The notes below the pieces were generated by a model. It made no database searches and was not told the DNA's origin. It worked only from the letters and a program-made list of their open reading frames with translations. This document shows positions 7,877 through 19,700 of a DNA stretch of 28,397 nucleotides, one piece after another (the first letter of the stretch is position 1; each line of letters starts with the position of its first letter). Made by a program: the position numbers and the translations under genes. The stretch comes from a virus (Duplodnaviria; Caudoviricetes), in the IMG/VR virus record IMGVR_UViG_3300020365_000098, positions 1 to 28,397 of that record; one strand, 5' to 3'.

Positions 7877-10800
7877 TTTCAAAAGATCTCAACGCTATCG
7901 CTCTGAAGTTTTTAAATCTAGGTGCTTTTGCCTGATTTGTAGATGTCATTACAACTTTAATCATGAAACTATTGAACTGTGGAACATTATCTGCAGTAAA
8001 CTTATAATCACTGAAATTGTCATATCCATCATTTGGATTTATAACTTTATCTGGAGATCCATCACCATTGAATGGGATGTATACTTGATCATTGTCGGAA
8101 CTTCCACTATTGAATAACTTATAGAATACATGGAAGTCTGCTTCCGCTTCTCTATGACCATCGAATTGGACATAGAGTGAGTTAGATGCAAACTCTAAAT
8201 TAATTCTCTGAGTTTCATAAATTCCAGCATTAGGATCAAGACCAGAGAGTCTTGCTCTGCTATCAGTTGAGTAATCATCAACCTCATCATTAACTAAGTT
8301 ACTCATCAGAATAATGTTTGCGCTTTCTAAATCAATGATAGGAGACACATTTTCATTTCTAGTTTCTAATGTCAGTTCTAATGCAAATGACTTTTGATTA
8401 GACATAACATTGAATTCATTCGTCTTCGACGCCACAATTCTTGGATCATCAAGATTGTTAAGTTTATTGATTGAAACGTTTTCGTATCCTTTATCGGCAA
8501 AAGATACCTCACTTCCACTTATACTTGTTCCTGAAGTAGTTTTAATTCTTGCATCGACAGATGTTCCTGTTGGTGTGATTGAGTTCAGATCTGGTCTTAT
8601 ATATTCAAAAGGAATATTTTGAGATGCTTCTACTTCAGCTCCTCCACCCTGTCTTGTGCGATCAAACAACTTGCTTGGGTTATCAATTTTAACAAGATAC
8701 GAATCAAATGTCTTATCTCTATTATCCAAGGTATGCTCCTTGTTAATCTTGAGGAGAGACACTCCGTTAAATTCATACTTACTTACAAATGCACTCTCTG
8801 CGTGATTTGACTTAAGTGAAGAATCTACTTCTCTAGAAGTAATAGTAATTTCATTACCATTAATTGCATTATAAGAAATAATTTCTTTATCGATTTTAAT
8901 ATAACCAGTATGAACTCCACTTACTGCAGTTCCTTCAAATGTAGTAAGATTGGAACCATCAACAACATCAATCGTTGTCGAATCATTATCAATTTTTGCT
9001 GATAGTGCAGTAGGAATAGTATCACCGATAACATTAGAAATTTTAACTACGTTTCCACCAGCGTGCATTCCATGATTTCTATGATCTACTCTGAATGTAA
9101 GTCCATCTCTTACAGGATCATCATCTACAGCAGTAGGAGCAGATATAACTGCAGCAGTTCCTCCTCCATCTGTATGTGTCATGGCAGTACCAACGACAAA
9201 TTTCTGAGTTACATTATCTAATATAATTCTATTTGTCTCGGTAACTATACCAACTGTCATTCTTGCGCCACTTCCACGAGCACCAATATTATTGGAAAGA
9301 AGTAAATCGCCAACTTGATATCCACTTCCACCATTGGTAACATTTATAGTTCCAACTCCAACATCAGTGGTTTGAATAGTTGCTTCAAGACCAGATCCAT
9401 GTCCAGTCAATGAAGTGAATCCAATACCAGTAAATGTTCCTGAAGTAAGACCAATTCCAGCACCAGTTAAAGATAGAGTAGTAGTTCCCAATCCTACAGG
9501 ACCACCTGCAAAGAATACATCGCCACTTCTGGCAGAGTTTCCTTGTATCATTGTTGTGCCCTGTGCAAACGTTGATGTGGTTGCAGCAATTGAAACTGTT
9601 TGTCTCTGAGAATACGCTGTAACTGGATCAGACTTTCTAATTCTACCCATCGGTAGTTCATTATTATAGAATACAACTGTAGAAGGAGTATTAACAGGGA
9701 ATTTCGCTTTATATAATGTGAACTTCAAATCTTCTAACTGGGATGGATCCCAAGTTGTGCTGTTTTGTGACTTGAATAGAGATCCAAGATATGGTTGTCT
9801 ATTGTAAACAGAATTGAGAAGAAGATCAGTTTCACCCATTCTCGTGATGAAAGTTAGATACTTATCTGTTGGTGAAATAAGTACAAAACAGTATTCAACA
9901 TTACCCTGGCAATAAACTGGGGTATCAAATGTAAATCTAGTAGGAACTGAACCATCATCAGAAAGATTGACATCAGCAGATTGAACAAAAGTTTGTCCAA
10001 AAGGAAGAACAGTCTCAGTCGGTGAACCATCTCTCATGGTTCTAATTTGTACAGTTACCGGAATCTCTGGATCTTTACTCTTAAAGTAAATATCACCACC
10101 AGTAATGAATACACCATCGCTTCCAACTTCAGGTGTAATTAGGAAGGATTGTGCTAGTGGGTCACCCCATCTTGGCGGTGGTGGCGGAGGTGGAATGAAC
10201 GATAGACGTATATCATCTCGTATAACATCTTCAGCAAGTTCTTGTTGAATTTGAGAAATCGGTTGATTTTCGGAAATGACCCTTTCATTAATCTGTGGTT
10301 GTCTAATGGAGAGAACTTGTTCTTGTAAATTCTGTCTGATACCACTTGAATTGTAGGAAACATTGACTCTACTCTCACCTGGATCTAAGATCGATGCATT
10401 TGTTGGACTGGTCGTGATTGTAATATTATTCACTCCGGTCGAGAAACGAGGATTACTACGATTGAGTGGATCTGGAATATGTAAAGAGAATATTAAAGTT
10501 CCAGTAGCATCAGACATCAATTCGATGTTATCGACTGTGCATTGTCCACTAGCAGATGCAAGTACTTGTCCTGGTCTCACCCATCCCAAACGATCTGGTC
10601 TTGTCAGAAGAGCAAGGTCAGCAGTATCAATGTTTAATGTGGTGCTAGTATTTGAATATGTGCTGGACAGATCATCATAAGTTTGAGTAGGAGCATTGAA
10701 TGGTCCAATCTTATGATTTGCTTGTGCAACTCTACCAATAATTCTTGATGAACTAGATTGTGGTAAAGAACGATTTGCAATTGGGAAAAAGTCTACAGAT

Positions 10801-13800
10801 TCAAAAATTTCACCAGCAACAAATGATCCGGTGGTCATTGTGATGGGCAGTGTCTTAGGAACTGCATATTCGTTCATGTCAACGTTTTCCATGAAAACGT
10901 AATATCTTGTGTTTGGTTTCAGATTAGTTGCATTGATTTCAATATTTCTAGATCTAACCGTAAATATAGTTTCTGTACTTACAACAGTATTACCAAGACT
11001 AGTTAAATCATCTACAGAATCTAATTCCAGTGCAGTAATTGTTTCCAATCCTGAAGCATTGAATGTTCTTTGAATGTCTTCTTCAAAGGTAAACGTATCG
11101 GTGATAGTTCTAGTACCCCAATTAATGTCGCGAACTCTGTCGCCGATCTGTTCTGATCTGACTGTATCTTCACCAATAAGTTCTCTACCAGTCCAATTTA
11201 TTTCACTAGTATTCCAAACACTTGCTGCCATTCCACCATTTTCACGGTCTTCAACACCGAGCAATTCGGCAATTGCATTAAAGGCAGTATCAATATTAGT
11301 TGAGTTTGCAATATCCAGAATATTTTCTTCAACCCAGAAATCTGATTCTGGAGTCAGAGTTACCACTCCAGTAAAGAGAGCAATATGGAATGGATTAAGG
11401 TTTTCAGTTCTTGTCGCAAGTGGTTGCTCAATGTAAGCAACTTCTTCATATGCTAAAGTGAGTCCAGGACCATTTCTGGTTATATTGGCATCATCAAAAT
11501 CTCCTGCCCAAGCATAATCTGCATTAATTGGATCTTGTGCAGTAGTTTTTGTTTCAAAACCAAGAGAAACGTTTCTTTCAGTTGATCTTGGTCTGCACTC
11601 TCGTTTTTGTCTGTCAATATCAAAGAAGGAATCTCCGGTGAGATTATGATTTCTGTGATTTTGGAAATTATCAACAAAGAATCCAGATTTGAACTTATCT
11701 AATCCTGTATTTGCATCCTTGACTGATAAATTCTTAGTATCTGTTTCTAACAGTGAAAGAGTTGTATACTCTTCAAGATTTTTAATTCTACTCTCCAGAG
11801 CACCGATATCCTTCATGGTATATCGTTTATGTGGAGTTAATTTAATTTTTGAATCTCTCTTAGCATCACAAATATATGGTTCCATATAAATGATACCAAT
11901 TTCCATTGCCTCATCATTTCTGATTGGAGCCTTTGGATCCTCAGCAGGAGTTCCTGTAATTAATTCAAATGTACCATCTTTATTGAGATATAGTCTGTCA
12001 ACTCTTCCCAAATAATAATCATAATCAAGAACGATTGTCTTATTTGAAACAATTGTTTCAGATGTAGTTGATGTGAATGATCTTGAATCAAAGTCAAATG
12101 GTGATTTTGTGCTTCCTGTAGAATATGGAGCAATTCTTGGACGAATGTCAATAACGTCAGCAGCTGATCTGTCAATGACATTTGGAATGTCCTTATAATT
12201 CATTCCATTATAACTGTTTACGCTTTCGACTGTTCCAACGCTTTCATTTGTTTCAAAACGATCAAAAACAATTTTAAGTTGTCTCGTTGGTTCTGCTATA
12301 CCATTCTTTCTAGTGATTCTACCAAAATCTACATAATCTTCTCTGTGACCCCTATCTAATGAATATGAATCTAAAATATTAGAATCACCAATAACAATTG
12401 AACCTATTGTTCCAACAATTCCGGAAGTCATCATAGTGAACGATTCATTCACTTCAAATAATTTTTGGTTCTCATAGACAAACTCTACTTTTGATGCACT
12501 AGAAACAGTAGCAACCCTTGCTACCGCTCCAGATGATGCACCTACAATCTGCTCTCCAACTACAATATTTCCAGTGAATGTAGCGGATTGACTTGATACG
12601 GTGAATGATGGGAGAGTTGCTTCACCATTTCCATTTGATTGGAAAACACCAAGAACTCTTTTAATATCTGGGAAGTTTAGAGAAATTTCTCTATCTTCGA
12701 TTCTAGTTCCATATGGGAACTGAACATTTCCATTTTGATTTGGACCATTCAATCCATTATCAAATGTAGTTGCACCTACACCTGCACCCGACAACTTAGA
12801 TCTGTTGACAATTAACTGCTCACATCTTTTGATTGTCTTTGATTTAGATAAGAGTTTGGTTCTCTTAGCGGTAAATGTAAGAGTTCCATTTCCTGTTCTT
12901 GACAGTCCTCTTAGGGTTAAAGTTGTTAAATTGGCATTTAGTGATGCTTGTGCATCCTGTAAAACTTCAATTTGTCCTGTTTCCCAGGTTAAAGTGTAAG
13001 TGGAAGTTGTAAATGGTTCAAATTTTAGATCATTATCTCCAAGGTCGGAAATATTGAAAGTAAACTCGTTTAGATTTGTTATATTTTTACTTAACTGTTT
13101 TCTTACAATACATGTACTGTCTAACAGATTGATTGAAGAAATGTATTGGTTTTGAAGAGGTACTCGGAATCCAGGTCTATCGGACTGCTGTAATGATCCT
13201 ACAATAACATCGAAATCATTTGTTGTCACAGTCTCAGAAAGTGTGCCGTCACATATACCAGTTACTGACGGAACTGCTGCAATAGTTAATTCACCTGCTG
13301 CTACGGCAGTTACTCTATTGAAGGTTGGAACAGTTCCTGCTTGCTTGGGATATGTGATAATATCACCTACTTTGACTAGAGATGTGAAATCACTAACACT
13401 TGTAGAAGTAACTTTTCCAGTTGAATGGTTAATTCTAAAATTGCTTCTTTCTTTAAATGCTTGTTTTTCTATGGACAGAACAATGTCTCCGGCAAACGTA
13501 GATACCCCTACAGTTCTATGCAGTGACTTAACATCTGAAAAATCAAATTTTCTCACTGCGGTAATATTTCTACCTACCGAAAGACCATTAATTTCTAATG
13601 GTTCATTCAACTGAAATTCGCCTCTAACACCTGACAAAGACAATACAGTACCATTTGTTACTGCACTGACTACATAACCGCTAGAACCGCTATAAGCACC
13701 CTGTACAAAGGCACTCTCAGGGGCATCTAGTGCCAAACCAACAGTGACATTTGTATATGTTTCAACATCATACAATCTAGCATCATATCTAGCAGTGGAT

Positions 13801-15155
13801 GCTCCAACAACTCTATTTTCATTGAAGTCAAAAACTCTTGCGTGACCGATTGTATCACCTGCTTCTGCTCTATTAACTGCTAATCTTTGATCTTTAAGAT
13901 TAACTACATAATTTTCAAATCCAATGGTAGGAGATCCATATACGTTTTCTACTTTTGCAATATTTCCAATTCTAATTGGAAGAGATGTATTTTCTTTGCT
14001 ACGAACAGTTCTTGGTTTTATTGAATCAATAGATACTGTTGCTTTTGTTTCAATTTCGTTTCCTCTAATATATGCTTTTCCAGGTGACACCTGAACGGTG
14101 TAAAGATTATCATTAGGGGTATTTCCGTTCTTTGTTACTTGATTGCTGAAATATAAACCTCTATTGCCCAATCTATCATTTAAAGTTTCTCTGAGTTCAA
14201 CTTTAAATGGTTTGATATAATAATCACCCGACTCGTCATATGTTCTTCTTGCTAATTCATCTTTAAATGTAGCAAATTCTGTTCTGTCTACAAATTCTTC
14301 TCTATATCCATTATCAACTCTCATCAATTCGACAAAACTCAAGTCGTCGGCATCAGTCAATGCCTTTTTAGTTAATGTTACTGAGAGTCTAAAACGATCT
14401 GCTCCGGGAGCAGATTCATTTGAAAATCCTTTAGCATTATCAAAAAGATCACTATTTACTGATGATGCACTTACAATTTCCTCCGATACACTAAGACCAA
14501 CTCTATAACTTGGCGTATTTGTGTATTGATCGAGAATTATTGTGCTGGATGGTACTTTAATGAAGAAACCTCTAATGAAATAGATACCTTCACTAACTGA
14601 TGCAGAAGAACCAGTTTTAGTTGATTCTGATGCTATGGTTCTAGCAAACAAACTGCCCGCTGTAATTCTGGTATTTGCATATTCAATATCTGATTTCGTT
14701 ATCAGATTTTCTCCATCAATAAATGTTCTAGTAGTGCCATCTGGACCAGATTTCTTGTATTTAATATACAGAGTATCATATCCATCAACAGACTCTATAT
14801 CGGTCAGTCTATTGACTACGTTGGCAGTAACACCTGAAGTTTCACCTTCAATTTCTATTCCATTAGTTGCCAGATATTGAGTGTAGAGTCTTACTGGAAT
14901 ATTTAAAAATTGTGGATCAATACGAACCGCAAAATAAGAAGTATCTAAAAAGTTTCCACCAGGAATGACCATGGACCCTTCTTTAAAGAAGTATTGTCCA
15001 AACCTTTCAATCTGATTCTGTAAGATTGACTGTAGAGTTGTTAGTTCCCTAGACTGAACTGGAAATCCAGGTTTAAAAAGAACCTTATTGTAGTTGTTAT
15101 CTTCGCTAAAATCATCAAAATAAGGGGAAACATTTAGATTGGTATTTTGGGTCAT
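7869..15155 (-). CDS. vrlC: VrlC-like / DUF4815-domain large virion (baseplate-associated) structural protein
   Basis: 2428 aa. N-terminal TNLNVSPYFDDF...KVLFKPGFPVQSRELTTLQSILQNQIE, plus APGADR, LARRTYDESGDY, RYTMKDIGALESRI, FKSGFFVDNF, DPLAQSF and GSLFKSQN motifs. Confidence 0.88.
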   Translation of the reverse strand: MTQNTNLNVSPYFDDFSEDNNYNKVLFKPGFPVQSRELTTLQSILQNQIERFGQYFFKEGSMVIPGGNFLDTSYFAVRIDPQFLNIPVRLYTQYLATNGIEIEGETSGVTANVVNRLTDIESVDGYDTLYIKYKKSGPDGTTRTFIDGENLITKSDIEYANTRITAGSLFARTIASESTKTGSSASVSEGIYFIRGFFIKVPSSTIILDQYTNTPSYRVGLSVSEEIVSASSVNSDLFDNAKGFSNESAPGADRFRLSVTLTKKALTDADDLSFVELMRVDNGYREEFVDRTEFATFKDELARRTYDESGDYYIKPFKVELRETLNDRLGNRGLYFSNQVTKNGNTPNDNLYTVQVSPGKAYIRGNEIETKATVSIDSIKPRTVRSKENTSLPIRIGNIAKVENVYGSPTIGFENYVVNLKDQRLAVNRAEAGDTIGHARVFDFNENRVVGASTARYDARLYDVETYTNVTVGLALDAPESAFVQGAYSGSSGYVVSAVTNGTVLSLSGVRGEFQLNEPLEINGLSVGRNITAVRKFDFSDVKSLHRTVGVSTFAGDIVLSIEKQAFKERSNFRINHSTGKVTSTSVSDFTSLVKVGDIITYPKQAGTVPTFNRVTAVAAGELTIAAVPSVTGICDGTLSETVTTNDFDVIVGSLQQSDRPGFRVPLQNQYISSINLLDSTCIVRKQLSKNITNLNEFTFNISDLGDNDLKFEPFTTSTYTLTWETGQIEVLQDAQASLNANLTTLTLRGLSRTGNGTLTFTAKRTKLLSKSKTIKRCEQLIVNRSKLSGAGVGATTFDNGLNGPNQNGNVQFPYGTRIEDREISLNFPDIKRVLGVFQSNGNGEATLPSFTVSSQSATFTGNIVVGEQIVGASSGAVARVATVSSASKVEFVYENQKLFEVNESFTMMTSGIVGTIGSIVIGDSNILDSYSLDRGHREDYVDFGRITRKNGIAEPTRQLKIVFDRFETNESVGTVESVNSYNGMNYKDIPNVIDRSAADVIDIRPRIAPYSTGSTKSPFDFDSRSFTSTTSETIVSNKTIVLDYDYYLGRVDRLYLNKDGTFELITGTPAEDPKAPIRNDEAMEIGIIYMEPYICDAKRDSKIKLTPHKRYTMKDIGALESRIKNLEEYTTLSLLETDTKNLSVKDANTGLDKFKSGFFVDNFQNHRNHNLTGDSFFDIDRQKRECRPRSTERNVSLGFETKTTAQDPINADYAWAGDFDDANITRNGPGLTLAYEEVAYIEQPLATRTENLNPFHIALFTGVVTLTPESDFWVEENILDIANSTNIDTAFNAIAELLGVEDRENGGMAASVWNTSEINWTGRELIGEDTVRSEQIGDRVRDINWGTRTITDTFTFEEDIQRTFNASGLETITALELDSVDDLTSLGNTVVSTETIFTVRSRNIEINATNLKPNTRYYVFMENVDMNEYAVPKTLPITMTTGSFVAGEIFESVDFFPIANRSLPQSSSSRIIGRVAQANHKIGPFNAPTQTYDDLSSTYSNTSTTLNIDTADLALLTRPDRLGWVRPGQVLASASGQCTVDNIELMSDATGTLIFSLHIPDPLNRSNPRFSTGVNNITITTSPTNASILDPGESRVNVSYNSSGIRQNLQEQVLSIRQPQINERVISENQPISQIQQELAEDVIRDDIRLSFIPPPPPPPRWGDPLAQSFLITPEVGSDGVFITGGDIYFKSKDPEIPVTVQIRTMRDGSPTETVLPFGQTFVQSADVNLSDDGSVPTRFTFDTPVYCQGNVEYCFVLISPTDKYLTFITRMGETDLLLNSVYNRQPYLGSLFKSQNSTTWDPSQLEDLKFTLYKAKFPVNTPSTVVFYNNELPMGRIRKSDPVTAYSQRQTVSIAATTSTFAQGTTMIQGNSARSGDVFFAGGPVGLGTTTLSLTGAGIGLTSGTFTGIGFTSLTGHGSGLEATIQTTDVGVGTINVTNGGSGYQVGDLLLSNNIGARGSGARMTVGIVTETNRIILDNVTQKFVVGTAMTHTDGGGTAAVISAPTAVDDDPVRDGLTFRVDHRNHGMHAGGNVVKISNVIGDTIPTALSAKIDNDSTTIDVVDGSNLTTFEGTAVSGVHTGYIKIDKEIISYNAINGNEITITSREVDSSLKSNHAESAFVSKYEFNGVSLLKINKEHTLDNRDKTFDSYLVKIDNPSKLFDRTRQGGGAEVEASQNIPFEYIRPDLNSITPTGTSVDARIKTTSGTSISGSEVSFADKGYENVSINKLNNLDDPRIVASKTNEFNVMSNQKSFALELTLETRNENVSPIIDLESANIILMSNLVNDEVDDYSTDSRARLSGLDPNAGIYETQRINLEFASNSLYVQFDGHREAEADFHVFYKLFNSGSSDNDQVYIPFNGDGSPDKVINPNDGYDNFSDYKFTADNVPQFNSFMIKVVMTSTNQAKAPRFKNFRAIALRSFENE

Positions 15156-15159
15156 TTGT

Positions 15160-16728
15160 TTAGAACTCTACTACAACTTTTACTTCTTCTTTTTGAGATG
15201 CTGATCGAGTGATCGGGGCCCTATTGTCTATATAGATTATTTCTCCGGAGTATCTTTTTACTTCCGGATTTGCTTTTCCATCATTAAATGTTTGTCCCAA
15301 TTGAACTGTAGATCCACCAACAACTATTGAACTTACATTGTCCATGCTTACATCAGGTATCAATGGAGTTCCACTTGCAGCACCCTGAATAGGATTCTCT
15401 ACACCAGCGAAATCATACAATCTATTTCCTGCAGTTCCCGCATATGTGGAGGTCACGAAACCTACCGGTTGATAATATCTCAAAACACCAGTATTTGGAT
15501 TCCAAGAAGCAACATAACCGATTGCAGTTTGTCCAGCACCAACTGTTTGACTGATTTGAGCATTCAAGTTATAAACAGTTCCTGCAGTGGTTCCTGATCC
15601 AACGCTAGACTTTAACTTTAGTGCGCCCAGAGCAGTTGCTGTCTGCTCTGTGTACAGATCATTTCCGGTAAACTGGACTGGATTTTTAATAACTCCAACT
15701 CTGGAGAAAGTATTTCCAGTTACATAATCGGATTCATTATCGTATTTAGAGTACATCATGACTCGGAATGCTCCAAGTTCGCGATAAACGTCATATCCAT
15801 GTCCACCCTTTGGTGGGATTATAACCTCAAAACTGGCACCAGTCCCCCCAGTTAATTCAGTAATAGCAGAAGAACTAAAGTTTATAAGTCCTTTAGTGTA
15901 TCCAGTTCCACCGTTTTCTATCGTAACAGATAAGACTTCTCCTCCAGAAATTTGAACTGTGACTGTTGCTCCAGTTCCATTTCCAAGAATTGGAATTCCA
16001 GTGATGGTTGCAGTAGAACTACCTCCAGTCTTTTGATATCCAGATCCTCTTGATTTGATAATTACAGTTTCAATTTTTCCATCAACAGCAGCATCTTTGA
16101 TAGTTGCACTTTCTCCCGCACCCCAGTTTTGTGGAACCGGTATATAATTATCTGTAGTAAATTTGATGATCTCGGAGGGAGTCAAAGTATACAAATATTT
16201 CCAACGATATCCATCATCAATAGCACCTGCTTGACTGATAGAAGTTGCTACAAAATTTGGTTCGTATAAAGACTTTTGACCATTCGGTCTTTCAGGATTG
16301 GCACCATTATTGACACAAAGATAAACTTTAAACTCAGAGTTGATTACATAATAACTTGCATTATACAGAGTCTTTGAGTCTGATACTAAAGCACCATTAC
16401 TAATGTCAATATTATTTTTATATACATCATATGTGGTTCCAACCGTCCAATTTCTTCTGGGTATGACTCTTGCTACATCACTAGAAGTGATCTTTTTCAT
16501 GAAAAGCATACTATCGTGGTATGAACTTTCCTGTTCAAATGAATCTTTAGGATCCGGAGGATTTGTAGACCAATCAGTAGTCCCATAATTATCAACTAAA
16601 GTGTTTGTTGGGTTGGGATGACCCAGAAATGTGTAGTAATTATTGGCGGTAGTGCCAATACCTGTGAAACTTTTGACAAAAGTCTCAGCATTCAATATTC
16701 TAAATTGATCAGTAATTATAGCTGACAT
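15160..16728 (-). CDS. gp8: baseplate wedge subunit (T4 gp8-like)
   Basis: 522 aa. MSAIITDQFRILNA N-terminus, VIPRRNW, YYVINSEFKVYLC, DGYRWKYLYT, and C-terminal SGEIIYIDNRAPITRS..QKEEVKVVVEF. Confidence 0.92.
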   Translation of the reverse strand: MSAIITDQFRILNAETFVKSFTGIGTTANNYYTFLGHPNPTNTLVDNYGTTDWSTNPPDPKDSFEQESSYHDSMLFMKKITSSDVARVIPRRNWTVGTTYDVYKNNIDISNGALVSDSKTLYNASYYVINSEFKVYLCVNNGANPERPNGQKSLYEPNFVATSISQAGAIDDGYRWKYLYTLTPSEIIKFTTDNYIPVPQNWGAGESATIKDAAVDGKIETVIIKSRGSGYQKTGGSSTATITGIPILGNGTGATVTVQISGGEVLSVTIENGGTGYTKGLINFSSSAITELTGGTGASFEVIIPPKGGHGYDVYRELGAFRVMMYSKYDNESDYVTGNTFSRVGVIKNPVQFTGNDLYTEQTATALGALKLKSSVGSGTTAGTVYNLNAQISQTVGAGQTAIGYVASWNPNTGVLRYYQPVGFVTSTYAGTAGNRLYDFAGVENPIQGAASGTPLIPDVSMDNVSSIVVGGSTVQLGQTFNDGKANPEVKRYSGEIIYIDNRAPITRSASQKEEVKVVVEF

Positions 16729-16757
16729 GTCCAGAAGGGTTCTTTGACAATTTTGAT

Positions 16758-16765
16758 TATTTATA
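16758..16765 (-). promoter_or_regulatory. T4-type late promoter (TATAAATA box)
   Basis: Plus-strand tatttata in the 42-nt gap between gp7 and gp8, about 30 nt upstream of the gp8 ATG. Confidence 0.85.
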
Positions 16766-16770
16766 CAGAA

Positions 16771-19700
16771 TTAGTAAGCCAGTTTATATTGACCCTTTCT
16801 TCTGATATACGTGGAGGTTGATAAACCAGCATTACCATTTCCAGTTTGAGCAGTGAATGTTTTTGCTGTCCCAGAATTTCTAGTGACATTTATTGCACCC
16901 CAACTCATACAACCATGACTGGTGCTGTATGTTGAGAGACCTGCTGTGCTAATTCCACTTAATGATTGAACATTTGAGAAAATTCTCTTGGTGGTAGCAT
17001 TGAGTTCATCAACTTTGTGTGCATGATATACACCATTAATGAAATCTGTAGATTCCCCTACAAGAGGATTTAGAGGCGAATCAAGAATAGCAGTAACACC
17101 GCTACCTATGAGTGTCTTATCTATCACAAAGTAATCACTGGTTGTAATACCAGATATCTTGATCTTTGAAGCAGTTGCAGGATCAGCAAAGATTGCCGGA
17201 TCAGCAACAACATCAAAATAAAGCATCGGTGTAGTTGTATTGATTCCAGTATTAGAAGCACCGATACCAGTAACTAAATTATAATCACCTGAGAATGTGA
17301 CACCATTTATAGATTCAGTTATTGCATTGCCAGTTGTTCCAACACCGACAATGACGATATCATCCAAAATACCACCAATATCATCGATTCTGCTGAAAGA
17401 CCAACCATCTTTAACATAAATCTTACTGTGAGTAGCAGCAAGTCCTACAATAATATTAGTATTGGGGAAGATCTTGGGTTCTAAGTAGTCTCTTTGCTTA
17501 GAAACTGGTAAACCGTTGATGATCAAATCGGAAGTTTGCTTTCTCCACATAGTTGGTCTGAGGAAATTACCATCAGTGGATATTCCGAGTCCACTGTAAG
17601 TTTCAGTTTCTACAGTATCAGAAGCAACCAATTCGTAGACTGTTCTATTAGTTTGAGAAACAACTCCATTAGTCCATTTCTGCAACCTTAGAGCATCTCC
17701 AATTTTGATAGTTTGATCAACATCATCTGACTGATAATCACTTGATGAACCAGTATAGAAGTACAACTTAAACTTAGATCCAAAGTCAGGAGCAGTCACG
17801 AAAGTGAGTTTTGTACCGCCAGTAAATGTATAATCAATACCTGGTTTTTGCAAAACATCATTAATGAACATTAAAAGATTATTTTGAAGTATGATGCCAC
17901 TTCCTGCCTCAGCAACAATACTGTAGAACTCTTCATTGAAAATTGTTCTAGTCAGATAGAAATCTTTTCTTACTCCATTGAATAACCCACTAAAGTCATC
18001 AAGTTCCAAAAGTTGACCAAAAGTCCATCCAGCAAATTTATCTTGGAATTTGGATTTGACTGTAACTTTCAGAGGGAAGGTAGAGACACCAACAGATTGG
18101 AATTCCATTCCGGATAATTCCAGAACATCATCAACTTCATAACCTATACCGTTTTCTGCCAATTCAAAATTAAGTACAGATCCACCTACTCCAACTACAA
18201 CATCTAAGGTTGCACCAGATCCACTTCCACCTGTAAGTGGCAGGTTCTTATATGGTCCTGGAGGTGTTATGATTACTGTCGGTGGAGAGGTGGCAGTGTA
18301 TCCAGAACCCGCTGTAACCACATCAAATGAGGTTATGATACCATCAGTGATAACAGCAGTTACTGCTGCACCAACCCCAGTTGTAGATGCAATTGAAACT
18401 CTAGGAGGAACCAGGTAACCTGCACCACCGCCAGAACTTCCTATGCCAACAGCAGTAACGGCACCAGAAGCATTAATGAATACGGTTGAGGCAGATCCTG
18501 CTCTTGGAACCTGATATCCTACTCCAGTAGTAGTAATACCGGTGATTTCATTAATAATTCCACCCTTAGGCAAATCATCGGGAAGAGATCCAGTAAAATC
18601 AATAGTTGATGCAGCACCAACACCACCACCAACCAGCGTATAGTCTGACTGAAGTACTGAACCCACATCATTGTAGAAAGGTCTTTGGAAGATGTTATTA
18701 ATTAAGAACGCACCAAAACTGGTATTGATTCCACTAGCATCTTGAGTGTTTACCGTTAAATCAAACTTATCCTTAGAACCATCGAATTCTTCAGAAATAT
18801 CATCAACTATTTTGTTGTTATCATAGTTCAATCTGTAGAATATTCTTCCACTAAAAGTGCTAGAGTCATATGGAGCATCTTTGAAGTGTATCTTGCCTTT
18901 TTGGATTCTATAATCACCAGATAATGCTGTGAGTGCTGCTCCAACTAAGTGAGCAGCGGGAGAAGTTCCCATGAATCCACGTTCTACTGAAAGTGAATTG
19001 GTTGACCCAACACCAACTGCAGAAACCTTAAATATCTCATCATCAACTTTTAACAGTGAATTGCCAACAAATTTTGTTGGATCATTTACATAAATTTCAG
19101 CATGTGCTGCTCCAATTGCTGAAGAAAGTCCAACAGTTATATCTTTTCTTGCAATTGGACTTTGAATCATATTATCAATAGTGATCAATCCTCTGGTTAT
19201 TGCAAGTTCACTTTCAACTGACAGACTATGTTCTGTTCCCAATCCAGTTACAGTTGCAAATCCGATTGTATGTGGTGTAGATAATTTAGTCTCAGATGAT
19301 CCCATTGAGAGTCTAAATGTATTATCTGTTACTTTCACCACATAAACTTCATTAGGAAGATTGACAGTGGTATTGATTCCTATTCCTACTGAATGGGTGG
19401 CAGCGATACCAATAGGACCTGAGTCTTGAGTGTAGACTAATCTTTCTCCAGTATGGAAGTTATGATCATTGATGGTAATCAAACCAGTGGAAGTATCAAT
19501 GGCAGTAGCAGGATTGAATACATGATGAAGCATTGTGTTAGAATCATTCAGCAGTGAGAACGTGCTCAAACCGATAATTCCACCACCAGTTGAAGTAACT
19601 AATCCAGTAAATTGAGGACTAATATCATCAATCATCAAAACTTTGTTTGTGATTGACTTGTTGTAGTCTGTAATTACTTTACTATCAAATTTGACTATTC

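Noticed and set aside
7877-7882. Track start at 7882 for the 76-aa ORF, and likewise 28251 for gp6
   Set aside because: 7882 is a TTG, and the ATG at 7876 with stop-start coupling is more plausible. The gp6 frame is open to the window edge, so 28251 is an internal codon.
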